A stretch of DNA of 64,000 bases from an uncultured Gammaproteobacteria bacterium. Lineage in GTDB: Bacteria > Patescibacteriota > Patescibacteriia > JAHIZJ01. The DNA lies in contig CAZQLY010000007.1 in assembly GCA_964594455.1 (NCBI GenBank), positions 13,586 through 77,585 of the forward strand, in the 5' to 3' direction. A model generated the notes under the pieces. The model did no database searches, had not been told where the DNA came from, and worked only from the letters and a program-made list of their open reading frames with translations. Made by a program: the position numbers and the translations under genes. Shown piece after piece: positions 1 through 9,923 of this stretch (position 1 is the stretch's first letter; each line of letters starts with the position of its first letter).

Positions 1-1079
1 TTGAGACTATTATCCGTGAAGAAATGAATGCTATTGATGGCCAAGAAATCTTTATGCCTGCTTTGCAGCCAAAAGAAGTCTGGGATAAGACGGGCCGCTG
101 GGAAGAGTTATCGGAAATAATGTATCAATTTCCTGATCGTTCCCAACACCCGGTAGGATTGGCCACAACTCACGAAGAAGTATTGACCGAGATCATAAAA
201 AAACATGTTAATTCATATAAAGATCTGCCGAAATATATTTATCAAATCCAAAATAAATATCGTGATGAACCTAGGGCCAAATCAGGATTAATTAGGGGGA
301 GGGAGTTCCTGATGAAAGATCTCTACAGCCTCCATACCAACGAAGAGGATCTAAACGACTATTACGAAAAAGTAAAGCAAGCATATCTAAAAATATATCA
401 CCGCTGCAACTTAGATGTTTTGGTGATTGAAGCATCGGGTGGAGCTTTTACAAAAAAGTATTCGCATGAGTTTACAGTATTGAGCCCAGCAGGCGAAGAT
501 AACGTAATATACTGTGACAAATGCGGTTTTGCCCAAAATACTGAGATCACAAAACTAAAAGTTGGGGACGCTTGCCCAAGATGCCAGGCTAAGTTAAGAA
601 TTGCTAAGGGTATTGAAGTTGGAAATATTTTTAAACTAGGCACCCGATTCAGCGAAGAGCAAAAAGCATTTTATGCTGACGAAAAAGGTCAGACTCATCC
701 AATTATCATGGCTTCGTATGGAATTGGCTTAGGCAGGCTGATGGGGACAATAGTAGAAGTATATAATGACAAGGACGGAATAATTTGGCCTGATTCTGTT
801 GCTCCTTTTAAGGCTCATTTACTTGTCCTGGGAAATGACAATAAATTACTAACCTCAGCCAAAAAAGTATATAATTCTTGCAAAAACAAGGGTATTGATA
901 TACTATTTGATGACCGTGATATAAGTCCCGGCCAGAAATTAAAGGAGTCAGATTTACTCGGTATCCCTTACCGGCTAATAATAAGTACTAAGACTGGCTC
1001 AAAAATTGAGATGAAGAAAAGAGACTCGCAGTCTTCAAAAACGTTATCAGTCACGGAGGCAATTAATAGTATAAAATGA
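1..1079 (+). CDS. proS: Proline--tRNA ligase, 5'-partial, short form without INS editing domain
   Basis: Frame stays open upstream of ATG 24 (ETIIREEM) to the window edge. Motifs THEE, KYRDEPRAKSGLIRGREFLMKDLYS, GIEVGNIFKLG, MASYGIG; C-terminal anticodon-binding domain. Confidence 0.95.
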   Translation, partial: ETIIREEMNAIDGQEIFMPALQPKEVWDKTGRWEELSEIMYQFPDRSQHPVGLATTHEEVLTEIIKKHVNSYKDLPKYIYQIQNKYRDEPRAKSGLIRGREFLMKDLYSLHTNEEDLNDYYEKVKQAYLKIYHRCNLDVLVIEASGGAFTKKYSHEFTVLSPAGEDNVIYCDKCGFAQNTEITKLKVGDACPRCQAKLRIAKGIEVGNIFKLGTRFSEEQKAFYADEKGQTHPIIMASYGIGLGRLMGTIVEVYNDKDGIIWPDSVAPFKAHLLVLGNDNKLLTSAKKVYNSCKNKGIDILFDDRDISPGQKLKESDLLGIPYRLIISTKTGSKIEMKKRDSQSSKTLSVTEAINSIK

Positions 1080-2128
1080 TAAATCTTTTTAACCGCTTCT
1101 TCGGACGGTTTTCAAAAGATATGGGAATTGACCTGGGTACCTCAAATACCCTGGTTTATGTTCAGGATAAGGGCATAGTAATAAACGAGCCTTCAATTGT
1201 TTCAATAAACACCAGAACTGACCAAATAATTGCTGTGGGCGAAGAAGCCCGCAGAATGGTTGGTAAGACTCCATCACATATCATAGCTACTAAAGCTTTG
1301 ATAGATGGTGTGATCTCTGATTTTGAAATTACCGAAAGAATGTTGCGTCATTTTATCGAAAAAGTTCACCGAGAAACCTTTGCTATTCTTCCTAGACCGC
1401 GAATAGTAATCGGAGTGCCTCAGGGAATAACCGAAGTGGAATTAAAGGCGGTTGAGGACGCCACTCTAAATGCCGGAGCCAGACAAGTATTCCTCATCGA
1501 AGAACCAATGGCTGCTGCTATTGGGGCCAGGATGCCAATCCAAGAAGCTTCGGGAAATATGATTGTCGATATTGGTGGCGGTACTACAGAAATCGCCGTA
1601 ATTTCGCTAGGTGGGATAATCACCTGGAGATCTCTGAGAGTCGCTGGAGACGAATTGGATCAAAATATTGTTCAGTATGCCAGGGAAAACTTTAACTTAC
1701 TTTTGGGCGATCAAACTGCTGAAAATATCAAAAGAAAAATTGCCATGGCTGGGGATATTGATACTCCACTGGAAGCCAAGATGAGGGGCCGAGACCTAAT
1801 ATCCGGTTTACCGAGAGAAGTAACTATAAATAGTCACCAAGTTCAAGAGGCGATACAGAGATCAATCAGATTAGTTATAGAAAATATCAAAGATACGATA
1901 GAATCAACACCACCAGAACTGGTGGCAGATATTTTTGAAAGAGGAATAGTGCTCACCGGTGGCGGTGCTCTGCTGCGCGGCTTAGACAGCGTAATTCATC
2001 GTGAAACACAGATACCAGTTCATATTGCTGATGATCCTTTAACTTGTGTGGTCAGGGGAACCGGATTGGTTTTGGATGACCTGGAGAGCTTAAAAGACGT
2101 TTTATCTATATCAACCCACGAGGAATAA
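1076..2128 (+). CDS. mreB: Rod shape-determining actin MreB
   Basis: GIDLGTSNT, EEPMAAAIGA, VDIGGGTTE, LTGGGALL motifs. Confidence 0.97.
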   Translation: MINLFNRFFGRFSKDMGIDLGTSNTLVYVQDKGIVINEPSIVSINTRTDQIIAVGEEARRMVGKTPSHIIATKALIDGVISDFEITERMLRHFIEKVHRETFAILPRPRIVIGVPQGITEVELKAVEDATLNAGARQVFLIEEPMAAAIGARMPIQEASGNMIVDIGGGTTEIAVISLGGIITWRSLRVAGDELDQNIVQYARENFNLLLGDQTAENIKRKIAMAGDIDTPLEAKMRGRDLISGLPREVTINSHQVQEAIQRSIRLVIENIKDTIESTPPELVADIFERGIVLTGGGALLRGLDSVIHRETQIPVHIADDPLTCVVRGTGLVLDDLESLKDVLSISTHEE

Positions 2129-2131
2129 TAA

Positions 2132-2947
2132 ATGAGGAATAGACTAGTTAGAATAGTTGGATTAATTTCAGCAGTGGCTATACTGCTTGTTTTTTTGGGG
2201 TATCTCGGCTGGCTGAATCCACTACGAGATGGTTTAACTTTTGTCCTGCGTCCTTTACAAAATACTGGTTGGAAAGGCACAAGCTTTATCGACAATTATT
2301 TTGAAAAACGGGACTCTTATGACACGGTGGTATCTGAACGAGATGAACTGATAGAAAAAAATAATGCCTTGCTAAAAGAAAGTTCGGAATTAAAAAAAAC
2401 AATTTCTGATCTCAATATTACAAGAACTGAGCAGGAATTCTTATCAAAAAAAGGGTACGAATACGTATCGGCCCGGGTTATAGCGCGAACTTCTGACAAC
2501 CTAATGGACGAAGTAATAATTAACGTTGGTGAACAAGATAATGTCAAAGAGGGTTTTGCAGTGGTAGCTGAAAATGGATTTTTGATCGGAAAAATCGTAG
2601 CTACCCACCACTCAATATCAAAAGTCCTTCTAATAACAGATAGTAACAGCGAGGTGGCTGCCCAGGTTCAAAATGAGACTGGCGCTCCAGGCATAGTCAC
2701 CGGTCAGTTGGGCCTCTCCCTACGAATGGATTTGATACCACAAAACGAAGTCATTCAAAAAGATCAGTCAGTAATTACTTCCGGCCTTGAGACTAACATA
2801 CCTAAAGGTTTAATCATTGGTGCTATTAATGATATCTCCATAAACCCAGGCGATATTTTCCAGCAAGCATCAATAACCTCTCAAGCCACATTTAGTAAAT
2901 TGGGTATAGTTTCTGTAATTATCCCCCAAACTGTGATAAATGATTAG
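2132..2947 (+). CDS. mreC: Rod shape-determining protein MreC
   Basis: N-terminal TM, coiled coil, VITSGL...PKGLIIG; follows mreB. Confidence 0.92.
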   Translation: MRNRLVRIVGLISAVAILLVFLGYLGWLNPLRDGLTFVLRPLQNTGWKGTSFIDNYFEKRDSYDTVVSERDELIEKNNALLKESSELKKTISDLNITRTEQEFLSKKGYEYVSARVIARTSDNLMDEVIINVGEQDNVKEGFAVVAENGFLIGKIVATHHSISKVLLITDSNSEVAAQVQNETGAPGIVTGQLGLSLRMDLIPQNEVIQKDQSVITSGLETNIPKGLIIGAINDISINPGDIFQQASITSQATFSKLGIVSVIIPQTVIND

Positions 2948-3470
2948 ACACACCATAACAATCGTGTCACTGGTTTTACTAGTTGTTTTGCAAACAACAG
3001 TCTTATCACAATTTGAAACCATAGCTAATAATGTAAACATTTTTCTTCTGGCAATCATGTTTTTCTTGCTCGCAACTAAACTCAAATTGTATTTTGTTTG
3101 GACGATAATATTGGGCGTTTTAGCTGATATGTATTCTGGTCTGGGTTTCGGGGTAATCACAATCTCACTTTTAATAACGGCTAGCGTAGCCTATTTGTTG
3201 TATATTAGTTTTTTCTCACATCGCACCAGCCTCTCATTAGTCTTGCTGGTTTCGGTAATGACAGTTATATATACTCTCTCAATCAGTATACTTTCATTTA
3301 TATATTTCTGGCTTAATGCTCATGATATTACTGTTGATTTAAACGCGCATTACTTGCTTTATGTGTTTGAGCAAACGGTCTATACAAGTATCGCTTTTGT
3401 AATACTCTATCTTTTATTTAATAGCGTAATAAAACAGTTCAGAGAAAGATTTATTATTAGTCGCACCTAA
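2940..3470 (+). CDS. mreD: MreD-like membrane protein
   Basis: Multi-TM 176 aa protein between mreC and mrdA; GVLADMYSG motif. Confidence 0.75.
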   Translation: MIRHTITIVSLVLLVVLQTTVLSQFETIANNVNIFLLAIMFFLLATKLKLYFVWTIILGVLADMYSGLGFGVITISLLITASVAYLLYISFFSHRTSLSLVLLVSVMTVIYTLSISILSFIYFWLNAHDITVDLNAHYLLYVFEQTVYTSIAFVILYLLFNSVIKQFRERFIISRT

Positions 3471-5392
3471 TGAGATACGATCCATTTGAGACATTTGGCA
3501 ATACCGATGATATTAAAAGAAGGGAAGTAAAAGACTTCTCAGCTATTAGACATGCTGGCGAAGAGTATCGTCCTGAAGATGCTGAAGCCCCAAGTATGCG
3601 TCTACATGTATCTTCAAATAAATTGAATCTATATCTGGCTATTGTGCTGATTGGGTTGGGTACACTGATTTTCAGATCAGGTTATTTACAAATTGCCAGA
3701 GGCTCAGCCTATCTTGATATTGCGGAAGAGAATAGGATTAGGATTCAAAGAATAAAAACGCCCCGTGGCCTAATTTACGACCGTAATGGTAAAGTGCTGG
3801 TTCAAAATATTCCTAATTTTACTCTGCAAGTCATACCCTACGACCTACCCGATGATGAGCGGGAGAAGAATAAACTGTTCTCAGATTTAGCTAAATTTCT
3901 TGAAGTTGATAAAAACATTTTTAGTGAAAAACTAGAAGGTGTAGAGGATTATTCAGCTGAGCCAGTTACTATAGTAGAAGGCATAGACATAAAACAAGCC
4001 ATCCAATTAAAAATAAAAACCTACAATCTCCCCGGCATAGTTCTAAACACGGAATCAAATCGGGAATACTTGGGTGGACCCGCCTTTTCACATATATTAG
4101 GATATGTCGGTAAAATCACCGAAGAAGAGAAGCAAGCTTTACTGGCAGCCAATTATTTACTAGATGATCAGACTGGTAAAACAGGTCTAGAACAAAGTTA
4201 TGAAAATACTCTGAGGGGTGAATATGGCAGAAACCAGGTTGAAGTGGATTCATTTGGCAAGGTAAAAAAGATCGTCGCCTCAGAAGATCCTGTTCTTGGC
4301 CGTAATTTAAATTTGTCGATCGATTTCAGCTATCAAAATAAGCTTCAAGAGCTGCTAGATACTCAGGTAGATAATCTTGGTTCAACTGGGGGTGTAGCTA
4401 TTGCCTTAGACCCTAGAAATGGTGAAGTTCTGGCAATGGTAAATTCTCCAACTTACGATAACAATATTTTTACAGGATCTATTAGCACAGAGGAATATGA
4501 AAAGTTGGTTAATGACCCAAAAAAACCTTTATTCAATCGTTCTTTAACCGGAGAATACCCATCTGGCTCAACTATAAAGCCATTAATAGCGGGATCAGCA
4601 TTGGCCGAAGGTGTGATCACACCACAGACCCAAATTTTGAGTACTGGTGGCATTCGAATTGATAAATGGTTCTTTCCCGATTGGCAAGCTGGCGGACATG
4701 GAGCTACAAATCTAGCTAAGGCGATCGCTCAGTCCGTAAACACTTATTTTTATGCTATCGGTGGTGGTTATGAGGATCAAGAGGGCTTGGGGGTCCAAAA
4801 GATTAAAGAGTACGCCGATCGTTTCGGATTTGGAAAAGCTCTCGGAATAGATTTACCAAACGAGTCCACCGGTTTCCTCCCGGACAAAGAATGGAAAGAA
4901 AGAGTTAAAGGTGAGCCTTGGTATATTGGAGATACTTATCACTTAGCAATTGGTCAAGGCGACCTCTTAGTCACCCCATTGCAGATAGCAAATTTGACAG
5001 CCACGTTTGCTAATGGCGGAACTGTTTATATTCCTCATGTGGTTCAATCAATTTCCGACCCCATCACTAACGAAATAGAGTATCAAGACATTCAAAAGCT
5101 ATCCGATCAAGTAATACCTTTATCAGATATTAACGCTGTTAATACTGGCTTGCGCGAAGCTGTAATCTCAGGCAGTGCCCGATCATTATCAAGCTTAAGC
5201 GTTCCTGTGGCTGGCAAAACTGGAACGGCTCAATTCGCTTCAGATAAAACACACGCCTGGTTCACAGGATTTGCTCCCTATGATAATCCAGAAATAGTCA
5301 TTACGGTTTTGATAGAGGGTGGTGGTGAAGGCCACTCCGCAGCCCTGCCAGTCGCCAAAGATTTTCTTACCTGGTACTACGGTAATTTATAA
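3470..5392 (+). CDS. mrdA: Penicillin-binding protein 2 (class B)
   Basis: RGLIYDRNG, SxxK (GSTIK), SxN (SVN), KTG; in the mre operon. Confidence 0.95.
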   Translation: MRYDPFETFGNTDDIKRREVKDFSAIRHAGEEYRPEDAEAPSMRLHVSSNKLNLYLAIVLIGLGTLIFRSGYLQIARGSAYLDIAEENRIRIQRIKTPRGLIYDRNGKVLVQNIPNFTLQVIPYDLPDDEREKNKLFSDLAKFLEVDKNIFSEKLEGVEDYSAEPVTIVEGIDIKQAIQLKIKTYNLPGIVLNTESNREYLGGPAFSHILGYVGKITEEEKQALLAANYLLDDQTGKTGLEQSYENTLRGEYGRNQVEVDSFGKVKKIVASEDPVLGRNLNLSIDFSYQNKLQELLDTQVDNLGSTGGVAIALDPRNGEVLAMVNSPTYDNNIFTGSISTEEYEKLVNDPKKPLFNRSLTGEYPSGSTIKPLIAGSALAEGVITPQTQILSTGGIRIDKWFFPDWQAGGHGATNLAKAIAQSVNTYFYAIGGGYEDQEGLGVQKIKEYADRFGFGKALGIDLPNESTGFLPDKEWKERVKGEPWYIGDTYHLAIGQGDLLVTPLQIANLTATFANGGTVYIPHVVQSISDPITNEIEYQDIQKLSDQVIPLSDINAVNTGLREAVISGSARSLSSLSVPVAGKTGTAQFASDKTHAWFTGFAPYDNPEIVITVLIEGGGEGHSAALPVAKDFLTWYYGNL

Positions 5393-5396
5393 TTAC

Positions 5397-5439
5397 TGTG
5401 GATAACTGATTTGACACAATACCCTTATTTTATTAGTTT
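5397..5439 (+). promoter_or_regulatory. Perfect DnaA box (TGTGGATAA, 5397-5405) next to the putative greA promoter TTGACA-17-TAGTTT
   Basis: Reverse complement is TTATCCACA; -35 at 5411-5416. Confidence 0.45.
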
Positions 5440-5483
5440 TACACCAGTTTCGTTTACTCGGGGGGATTTTTAATTAGTTTTAT

Positions 5484-5957
5484 ATGACTGACAAACAAGA
5501 ATACATTACCAAAGAAGGTTTAGAAAAATTAAAGAAAGAATTGGCTTACCTGAAGACGGAAAAAAGGAGAGAAATAGCCAATCGTATTCGTGATGCTAAG
5601 GAGTTGGGTGATTTATCAGAGAACGCCGAATACGCTGAAGCCAAGAATGAACAATCTTTTATCGAAGGCCGTATTATCCAACTAGAAAACCTTCTCAAAA
5701 ACGTCACCGTGATTACCTCTAATTCAAAGACTAAATCCAATGGAGTGGTTACTGTTGGCTCAAAACTATTACTAAAGACTGTTGATAAAGACGTAGAATA
5801 TACCATTGTCGGATCAAATGAAGCCGATCCAGAGAAGGGATTCATATCAAATGAATCGCCTTTGGGGCGAGCTTTTATAGGTAAAAAAGTCAATGACGAC
5901 GTTGAGGTGGCTGTACCAGCCGGTACTGTGGAATACCGTATTTTGGAAATAAAATAG
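5484..5957 (+). CDS. greA: Transcription elongation factor GreA
   Basis: GDLSENAEY and ISNESPLGRA motifs. Confidence 0.97.
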   Translation: MTDKQEYITKEGLEKLKKELAYLKTEKRREIANRIRDAKELGDLSENAEYAEAKNEQSFIEGRIIQLENLLKNVTVITSNSKTKSNGVVTVGSKLLLKTVDKDVEYTIVGSNEADPEKGFISNESPLGRAFIGKKVNDDVEVAVPAGTVEYRILEIK

Positions 5958-5963
5958 AAATTA

Positions 5964-5998
5964 TCAAAAAGAGCTAAAAGCAGAAGGCTCTTTTTTGA
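5964..5998 (+). terminator. Intrinsic terminator after greA
   Basis: aaaaagagc...gctctttttt hairpin with T tract. Confidence 0.6.
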
Positions 5999-6041
5999 TT
6001 TTAGGCCTAAAAATTGCTATACTTCTAGCGATATTAACTTT

Positions 6042-7508
6042 ATGAGCAGACTCGAAGAAACCAGAAATATACGTCTGGAAAAACTTAAGAAACTGGAGCA
6101 ACTGGGCATAAATGCCTATCCCAGCCAAACCAATCGCACGCACGCAATAAAGGAAGTGCTGGATGGTTTTAATAGCCTGACTAAGTCCAAGAAAAAGGTA
6201 ACGGTTTGCGGTCGACTTAAATCTATTAGAAAGCACGGTGCCTCTTGCTTTGCTGATATTCAGGATAGTACTGGTCAAATCCAGATGTTTATTAGAAAAG
6301 ATGGGGTAGGAGAAAAAAGCTATAAAATTTTTACCGAATTATTTGACCCGAGCGACATTATCGAAGCAACTGGTTTAGCTTTTAATACCAAGAAGGGTGA
6401 AAAGACTGTTCTGGTAAAAAAAGTATCAATGCTGTCAAAAGCCTTGCTGACTATACCAGAAGACCACTATGGCTTAAAAGACATTGAAACTATTCTTAGA
6501 AAAAGATATCTTGACCTGGCTGTTAATCAGGGAACTCGAGACTTATTTATCAAAAAATCAATTTTCTGGAAAACAGTACGGGACTTCATGATCAAAAGTG
6601 ATTTTCTGGAAGTAGAAACACCGATCTTAGAAAGGGTTCCGGGTGGTGCCGAAGCTGAGCCTTTTGTGACGCACCATAATGCCCTGGATCAAGATTTCTA
6701 TCTGCGTATCTCGTTGGAATTACCGCTGAAACGTCTTTTGGTGGGTGGCTATGAAAAAGTTTTTGAAATTGGCCGGATATTCAGAAACGAAGGTATATCC
6801 CACGAACATCTCCAAGATTACACCCAGATGGAGTTCTATTGGGCTTATGCTGAATACAATGCTCTTATGAAATTTGTTGAAAAGTTGTTTAAAGAGATTG
6901 TAAAAAACGTTCACGGCAAGCACAAAGTTAAAAGTTACGGGAAAGAAATTGACTTCTCGGCCAAATGGAAGGTATACGATTACTTTAAACTGTTCAAAGA
7001 AAATACCGGTCTAGACCTGGCATCAACAAATATGGCTGAATTGAAAAGTAAGGCTAAGGCCTTGGGCATTAAACTGGAGTCATTCGCTGGAGAGGGAAGA
7101 GTGATTGATGCTATATACAAAAAAGCTGTTCGACCAAAACTAATCGAGCCAGGATTTTTAATCAACCCGCCGGTAGAAATTGAGCTACTTGCTAAGCGCT
7201 TGCCAGATAATCCAAAACGCGTCCAAAGAATGCAGGTTGTGGCTTGGGGTACTGAATTAGGCAAGGGTTTTTCTGAGTTAAATGACCCAGTTGATCAAAG
7301 AAGGCGTTTCGAAGAACAAATGAAACTGCGCCAGAAAGGCGATAAAGAAGCCCAGCAGCTGGATAGCGATTACGTTGAGGCTATGGAATACGGAATGCCG
7401 CCAAATGCGGGATTTGGCATGTCAGAGCGGTTCTTTGCTGTTTTGATGGATCGGCCAATCAGAGAGACGGTAATTTTTCCACCAATGAAAGTAGAAAAAA
7501 ATGATTGA
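6042..7508 (+). CDS. lysS: Lysine--tRNA ligase (class II)
   Basis: OB fold, GGAEAEPF, EIGRIFRNEG, FSELNDP, EYGMPP. Confidence 0.97.
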   Translation: MSRLEETRNIRLEKLKKLEQLGINAYPSQTNRTHAIKEVLDGFNSLTKSKKKVTVCGRLKSIRKHGASCFADIQDSTGQIQMFIRKDGVGEKSYKIFTELFDPSDIIEATGLAFNTKKGEKTVLVKKVSMLSKALLTIPEDHYGLKDIETILRKRYLDLAVNQGTRDLFIKKSIFWKTVRDFMIKSDFLEVETPILERVPGGAEAEPFVTHHNALDQDFYLRISLELPLKRLLVGGYEKVFEIGRIFRNEGISHEHLQDYTQMEFYWAYAEYNALMKFVEKLFKEIVKNVHGKHKVKSYGKEIDFSAKWKVYDYFKLFKENTGLDLASTNMAELKSKAKALGIKLESFAGEGRVIDAIYKKAVRPKLIEPGFLINPPVEIELLAKRLPDNPKRVQRMQVVAWGTELGKGFSELNDPVDQRRRFEEQMKLRQKGDKEAQQLDSDYVEAMEYGMPPNAGFGMSERFFAVLMDRPIRETVIFPPMKVEKND

Positions 7509-8766
7509 TATTAAATTAATAAAAGACAGTCCAGAAGTAGTAATTGAAGCGATGAAAAAACGAGGCGTTAAGTTTGATTTGGATGAAATATTAAGCCTGG
7601 ATAAGCAGCGCCGTGACAAAATTCAAAAGATAGAAGATATTAGAAACAGGCAAAATGAAGCCAGCAATATGATTAGCAAGTTAAAAGGTAAAGATAAGGA
7701 GGAAGTTGTTGCTGAGCTTCGTCCTTTGGTCCAAAAAGAGAAGGTACTCAAAGCGGAGCTGGACATTATAGAAGAAAAATACAATAAGATTCTGATGTCA
7801 CTGCCCAATATCACTAAACCTGATGTAAAAGAAGGAAAATCTGATGCAGACAATGAATTAATAAAAGAGGTTGGTAAAAAAAGGGAATTCGACTTTGAAC
7901 CAAAGGATTATTTAACTATCGGAGAAAAACTTGATTTAATAGACATTAAAAGAGCCGCCAAAGTTTCCGGCAGCCGCTTTGGGTATCTAAAGAATGGCGC
8001 GGCTCGCTTGGAAATGGCCTTGGTTCAATACGCGTTTGATACGCTGGCCGAGCATGGTTTCCATCACGTTGTGCCGCCGGTTTTTATTTCCGAGGAAGCT
8101 ATGGAAGGAATGGGTTATATCGCTGGCGGAGGGGAACAAGAAACATATCATTTCAAAAAAGATAAACTCTACCTGGTAGGCACTTCTGAGCAGTCAATCG
8201 GTCCCATGCACATGAAAGAGATCTTCAATGAAAAAGATTTACCTGTCAGATATGTCGGTTTTTCTAGCTGTTTCCGTCGTGAAGCCGGCAGCTACGGAAA
8301 AGACACTCGGGGAATAATTCGGGTCCATCAATTTGATAAAGTAGAAATGTTTTCCTACTGCCACCCAGATAAATCAGACGAGGAGCAAGAATTCATGCTC
8401 AAGGTTCAGGAAGATTTTGTTCAATCCCTGGATCTGCATTATCGGGTAGTTAAGGCTTGTACTCGTGACACCAGCTATCCATCAGCCAGGACCTATGATT
8501 TAGAATGCTGGATTCCTTCAGAAAAAACTTATCGAGAAACTCATTCCACTTCAAACTGCACTGATTACCAAGCGCGCCGGTTAAAAGTAAGATATAAATC
8601 AAAGCAGGGCAATAAATTTGTTCATACTTTGAATGGAACGGCTTTTGCTATCGGAAGAATACTGGTTGCTATATTAGAAAATCATCAGCAAAAAGACGGA
8701 TCAGTTAAGATACCAAAAGTACTCCAGCAATACGTTAATTTTAATACTCTAGCCAGTCAAAAATAG
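7501..8766 (+). CDS. serS: Serine--tRNA ligase
   Basis: GTSEQ, FRREAGSYGKDTRGIIRVHQFDKVE, HTLNGT. Confidence 0.97.
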   Translation: MIDIKLIKDSPEVVIEAMKKRGVKFDLDEILSLDKQRRDKIQKIEDIRNRQNEASNMISKLKGKDKEEVVAELRPLVQKEKVLKAELDIIEEKYNKILMSLPNITKPDVKEGKSDADNELIKEVGKKREFDFEPKDYLTIGEKLDLIDIKRAAKVSGSRFGYLKNGAARLEMALVQYAFDTLAEHGFHHVVPPVFISEEAMEGMGYIAGGGEQETYHFKKDKLYLVGTSEQSIGPMHMKEIFNEKDLPVRYVGFSSCFRREAGSYGKDTRGIIRVHQFDKVEMFSYCHPDKSDEEQEFMLKVQEDFVQSLDLHYRVVKACTRDTSYPSARTYDLECWIPSEKTYRETHSTSNCTDYQARRLKVRYKSKQGNKFVHTLNGTAFAIGRILVAILENHQQKDGSVKIPKVLQQYVNFNTLASQK

Positions 8767-8768
8767 AT

Positions 8769-9908
8769 ATGAAGAATAATAATTTGACTTGGGTTGAGAT
8801 CAGCCAGTCAGCACTGGTTCATAATCTCCAAAATTTTCGAAAACTACTGCCCCGGAGTATTTCACTAATGCCGATAATAAAAAGCAATGCCTATGGGCAT
8901 GGCCTTTTTGAAACCGCCAAAATAATTCAAACTAAATCAGATATCATTGGCGTTGTCTCGGCTGACGAGGCACTGACTCTGAGAAAGAAAAATATTCGAA
9001 AAAAAATAATAGCCTTGAGTTATTTCAATCCTGAGGATGTGGAAATAGCTGTTAGGCAAAACATCATTTTACCGGTTTACTCATACACCATGGCCCAGCA
9101 GATATCCCGAGCCGCTAAAAAAATAAAGAAACGAGCAGTTGTACATATAAAGATTGACGTCGGCACATCCCGTCTAGGCGTGCTAGCAGAAAACGCCTTG
9201 GGTTTTGCCCGCCGAATCAACAAGTTGCCCAATTTAAAAATCGAAGGCATCTATTCTCATTTAGCGGATTCGGAAAATTTTAACCAGCGTTTTACAAACT
9301 TGCAAATAAAAATATTCACCAAAACAGTGGAACTGCTTGAACAAGATGGTTTTAAGTTTAAATACCAGCACTTAGCCTGTTCGGCCGCCACGCTTATTAA
9401 CCCCAAATCAAGGTTTAATCTGGTCAGAATTGGGATAAGCTTATACGGACTCTGGCCATCAAACGAAACCAAAAAACTTTATCATAATAAATTTAACAGC
9501 TTCAGTCTCAAGCCAGTCCTGTCTTGGCACACCAGGATTATTCATATCAAAGAAATTCCCAAGAACAGCTCTATTGGATATGGCTGTACTTTTGTCACCA
9601 AGAAGAAAACAACTATTGCCATATTGCCTGTGGGGTACTGGGATGGCTATGATAGAAAAAACTCCAATCGATCATCTGTTTTATTGCGTAATAAACGAGT
9701 CAAAATAATTGGTCGTGTTTGCATGAATATGGTTATACTTGATGTGACAGCTATCAATAAACCCAGAGTAGGGGAGCTAATAACTTTAATCGGAAATCAG
9801 GGACGGGAAACAATCTCTGCTGACGAGCTGGCACAAAACACTGGCACTATAAATTACGAAGTTGTTACTCGGATAAATCCTTTGCTGCCTCGAGTCATAA
9901 CTCATTAG
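8769..9908 (+). CDS. alr: Alanine racemase
   Basis: PLP lysine motif IIKSNAYGHG, GRVCMN, TINYEV. Confidence 0.95.
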   Translation: MKNNNLTWVEISQSALVHNLQNFRKLLPRSISLMPIIKSNAYGHGLFETAKIIQTKSDIIGVVSADEALTLRKKNIRKKIIALSYFNPEDVEIAVRQNIILPVYSYTMAQQISRAAKKIKKRAVVHIKIDVGTSRLGVLAENALGFARRINKLPNLKIEGIYSHLADSENFNQRFTNLQIKIFTKTVELLEQDGFKFKYQHLACSAATLINPKSRFNLVRIGISLYGLWPSNETKKLYHNKFNSFSLKPVLSWHTRIIHIKEIPKNSSIGYGCTFVTKKKTTIAILPVGYWDGYDRKNSNRSSVLLRNKRVKIIGRVCMNMVILDVTAINKPRVGELITLIGNQGRETISADELAQNTGTINYEVVTRINPLLPRVITH

Positions 9909-9923
9909 CGTTTTGCGACACAT

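Noticed and set aside
5397-5483. oriC
   Set aside because: Only one DnaA box in a ~90-nt spacer, and no dnaA or dnaN nearby.
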